Below, piece after piece: positions 62,796 to 64,000 of a stretch of DNA of 64,000 nucleotides; position 1 is the stretch's first letter; every line of letters begins with the position of its first letter. Source of the DNA: an uncultured Gemmatimonadales bacterium (GTDB lineage Bacteria > Gemmatimonadota > Gemmatimonadetes > Gemmatimonadales > GWC2-71-9); assembly GCA_963815515.1 (NCBI GenBank), contig CAWFGP010000003.1:1026429-1090428 (forward strand), given 5' to 3'. Under the pieces are notes generated by a model. That model did not search any database. It had not been told where the DNA came from and was given only the letters and a program-made list of their open reading frames with translations. The position numbers and the translations under genes are program-made.

Positions 62796-64000
62796 CTAGC
62801 GGCGGCCTGCAGGCGGCGCCTGCTCCCGCGCCACCTCTCCCAGCACCCCGATCGCGTCCTCCAACTGCCGGTCCGACAGGTAGGGCGCCGGGCCAAGCCG
62901 GAGCACATCGCCGCGGGCATCCGTCCAGACCCCGCGGGCATGGAGACTCCGGGTCAGCGCGGTCGCAACCGGTGATCGGAGTGCAAGAAATCCGCCGATC
63001 TCGTCGAGCCGACAGCTGCGGTCCCGGTTCACGACCGCGGGGTCGAGATCGAGCGCATCGAACGTGGAAGCGAGCAGCCCGATCTGATGCTGGCTCACCT
63101 CCCGGAGGAGCACGGGCGTCAGCCCCCGCGCATGGAAGAAGTCGAAGACCGCCACGGCGCGATAATGGCTCGTCGGATCGTAGGTCGAGCCCGCGAACCG
63201 GTCGCCCCCCTGTCCGTAGACCACTCGCTCCCCGCGCTGGCGGTCCGCCAGGGCGGTGAACTCGCTGAACCACCCCGTGACCACGGGCCGCAAGTCGGTG
63301 TCGGCCGGGATCCTCAGGAAGCAGTTCCCCTCCCCCAGCTGACAGTACTTGTACCCGCCGCCCACGACGAAGGCGTCGCCGAGGCCCTCCTCGGCGAGTG
63401 AGAGCGGCACCACGTTGAGCGCGTGGTACGCATCCACCAGCAGCCGGGCTCCGTGCCGCCGGCAGCTCGCCGCCACGCCGGCGAGCCCGCGGGCGATGCG
63501 TCCGGTGTCGAAGAAGACGGCTGAGACGAGGACCATGGCCGTGCGATCGTCCACCACACCGCCGAGCCTGGCGGCCAATGACTCGACGGGCGCCTCGGGA
63601 ACCCGGACGACGGTCAGACCTTCCTCTTCCAGCCGATCGAGCTGCCGCCGGATGCTGTGGAACTCGCCGTCGGTCGTGACCAGCCGCGGTCTCGTCCGAA
63701 GGGGCAGCGCCGAAAGCAGCCGGACTACCAGGTCGTGGGTGTTTGCCGCCAACGCGATGCCGCCGCCCGCGTCTCCCAGGAGCCGGGCGAATCCCGCGCG
63801 AACCCGCTCGGCCTGGTCGAAGGCGTGCTCCCACTTGTCGTCCACGTAGCGCGCCGCATCCAGCCAGGCGGCCATGTGGCCGTCGAAGCCGCAATCCGGC
63901 CAGGCCTGGTGGGAGTGCCCGGTGAGCAGGAGGCGCCCGGATACCCCGAAGCGCGAATAGTGCGCCGCAAGGACGTTAGGGGAGCCGTAGAGCGACGCGG
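62796..64000 (-). CDS. PLP-dependent class V aminotransferase-fold enzyme (kynureninase-like); 5' end outside the window
   Basis: Track ORF 62796..63875. The frame stays open upstream to the window edge ('...LLLTGHSHQAWPDCGFDGHMAAWLDAARY'). Shows 'LLVDAYHALNVVPL', 'GGGYKYCQLGEGNCFLRIP' and 'LRLGPAPYL'. Confidence 0.7.
   Translation of the reverse strand, partial: ASLYGSPNVLAAHYSRFGVSGRLLLTGHSHQAWPDCGFDGHMAAWLDAARYVDDKWEHAFDQAERVRAGFARLLGDAGGGIALAANTHDLVVRLLSALPLRTRPRLVTTDGEFHSIRRQLDRLEEEGLTVVRVPEAPVESLAARLGGVVDDRTAMVLVSAVFFDTGRIARGLAGVAASCRRHGARLLVDAYHALNVVPLSLAEEGLGDAFVVGGGYKYCQLGEGNCFLRIPADTDLRPVVTGWFSEFTALADRQRGERVVYGQGGDRFAGSTYDPTSHYRAVAVFDFFHARGLTPVLLREVSQHQIGLLASTFDALDLDPAVVNRDRSCRLDEIGGFLALRSPVATALTRSLHARGVWTDARGDVLRLGPAPYLSDRQLEDAIGVLGEVAREQAPPAGRR

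Overview
High-GC (roughly 70%) bacterial chromosomal segment. Gene content and the intergenic palindrome families suggest a soil Gemmatimonadota/Acidobacteriota-like organism, but that is inference only. I support about 55 protein-coding genes or gene remnants, 6 tRNAs and two families of palindromic intergenic repeats. There is no rRNA, CRISPR array, transposase or integrase. Many long ORFs in the track are antisense shadows of real genes, as expected at this GC content.

Gene order, left to right:
- 1-9.4 kb: a GAF/PAS histidine kinase (runs off the left edge), a CNNM/TlyC protein, hisD, a CDF exporter, typA/bipA, a tiny hyper-acidic ORF, tRNA-Ile and an AI-2E transporter.
- 9.5-10.9 kb: small membrane proteins and DUF1206.
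- 10.9-14.2 kb: an ArsM-like methyltransferase divergent from an ArsR-rhodanese regulator, followed by an MBL-fold remnant and an MFS transporter.
- 14.2-20 kb: a tract of decayed genes (patatin remnant, frameshifted SDR, M1 peptidase with an in-frame TAG, Zn-ADH fragment), mixed with a zinc-ribbon protein, a minimal ATP-dependent DNA ligase and a pseudo-receiver.
- 20.8-26.3 kb: a roughly 1836-aa Ser/Thr kinase-STAND ATPase-GAF-sigma54 activator fusion.
- 26.4-33 kb: an outer-membrane beta-barrel protein, an Oar-like TonB-dependent receptor and a hybrid histidine kinase.
- 33-40.5 kb: an ECF sigma/anti-sigma pair, then a cheB-cheB-cheR/PAS-hybrid kinase operon with no MCP, CheA or CheW.
- 40.7-45.3 kb: tyrosine-catabolism genes hppD, hmgA and acetoacetyl-CoA synthetase.
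- 46.7-54.1 kb: xoxF (lanthanide-type DYD motif), xoxJ and a cytochrome c, directly abutting a caa3-type coxBAC cluster.
- 54.2-58.1 kb: transporters and a tRNA cluster (His, Trp, Glu, Glu, Lys).
- 58.1-59.7 kb: a low-GC islet bounded by a 44-bp direct repeat of the tRNA-Lys 3' half.
- 60.2-64 kb: a PNPOx-family protein, a Ser/Thr kinase-TPR protein and a kynureninase-like gene (runs off the right edge).

Most notable observations:
1. An in-frame UGA sits exactly where ArsM-type methyltransferases have a conserved Cys. A hairpin lies 10 nt downstream and homology continues for 59 codons. This is either a candidate selenoprotein or a fresh nonsense mutation.
2. xoxFJG and coxBAC form one contiguous co-oriented block.
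3. The tRNA-Lys att-like repeat encloses a 1.6-kb relic islet.
4. The kinase-STAND-GAF-EBP gene is a very large fusion.
5. The CheB/CheR/PAS/kinase module is split into separate genes.
6. Inverted arrays of the octamer GGACGGTC sit at the xoxF/xoxJ junction.
7. At least nine reading-frame disruptions occur in the window. Several are single-base indels in G runs, so assembly error must be excluded before calling them pseudogenes.
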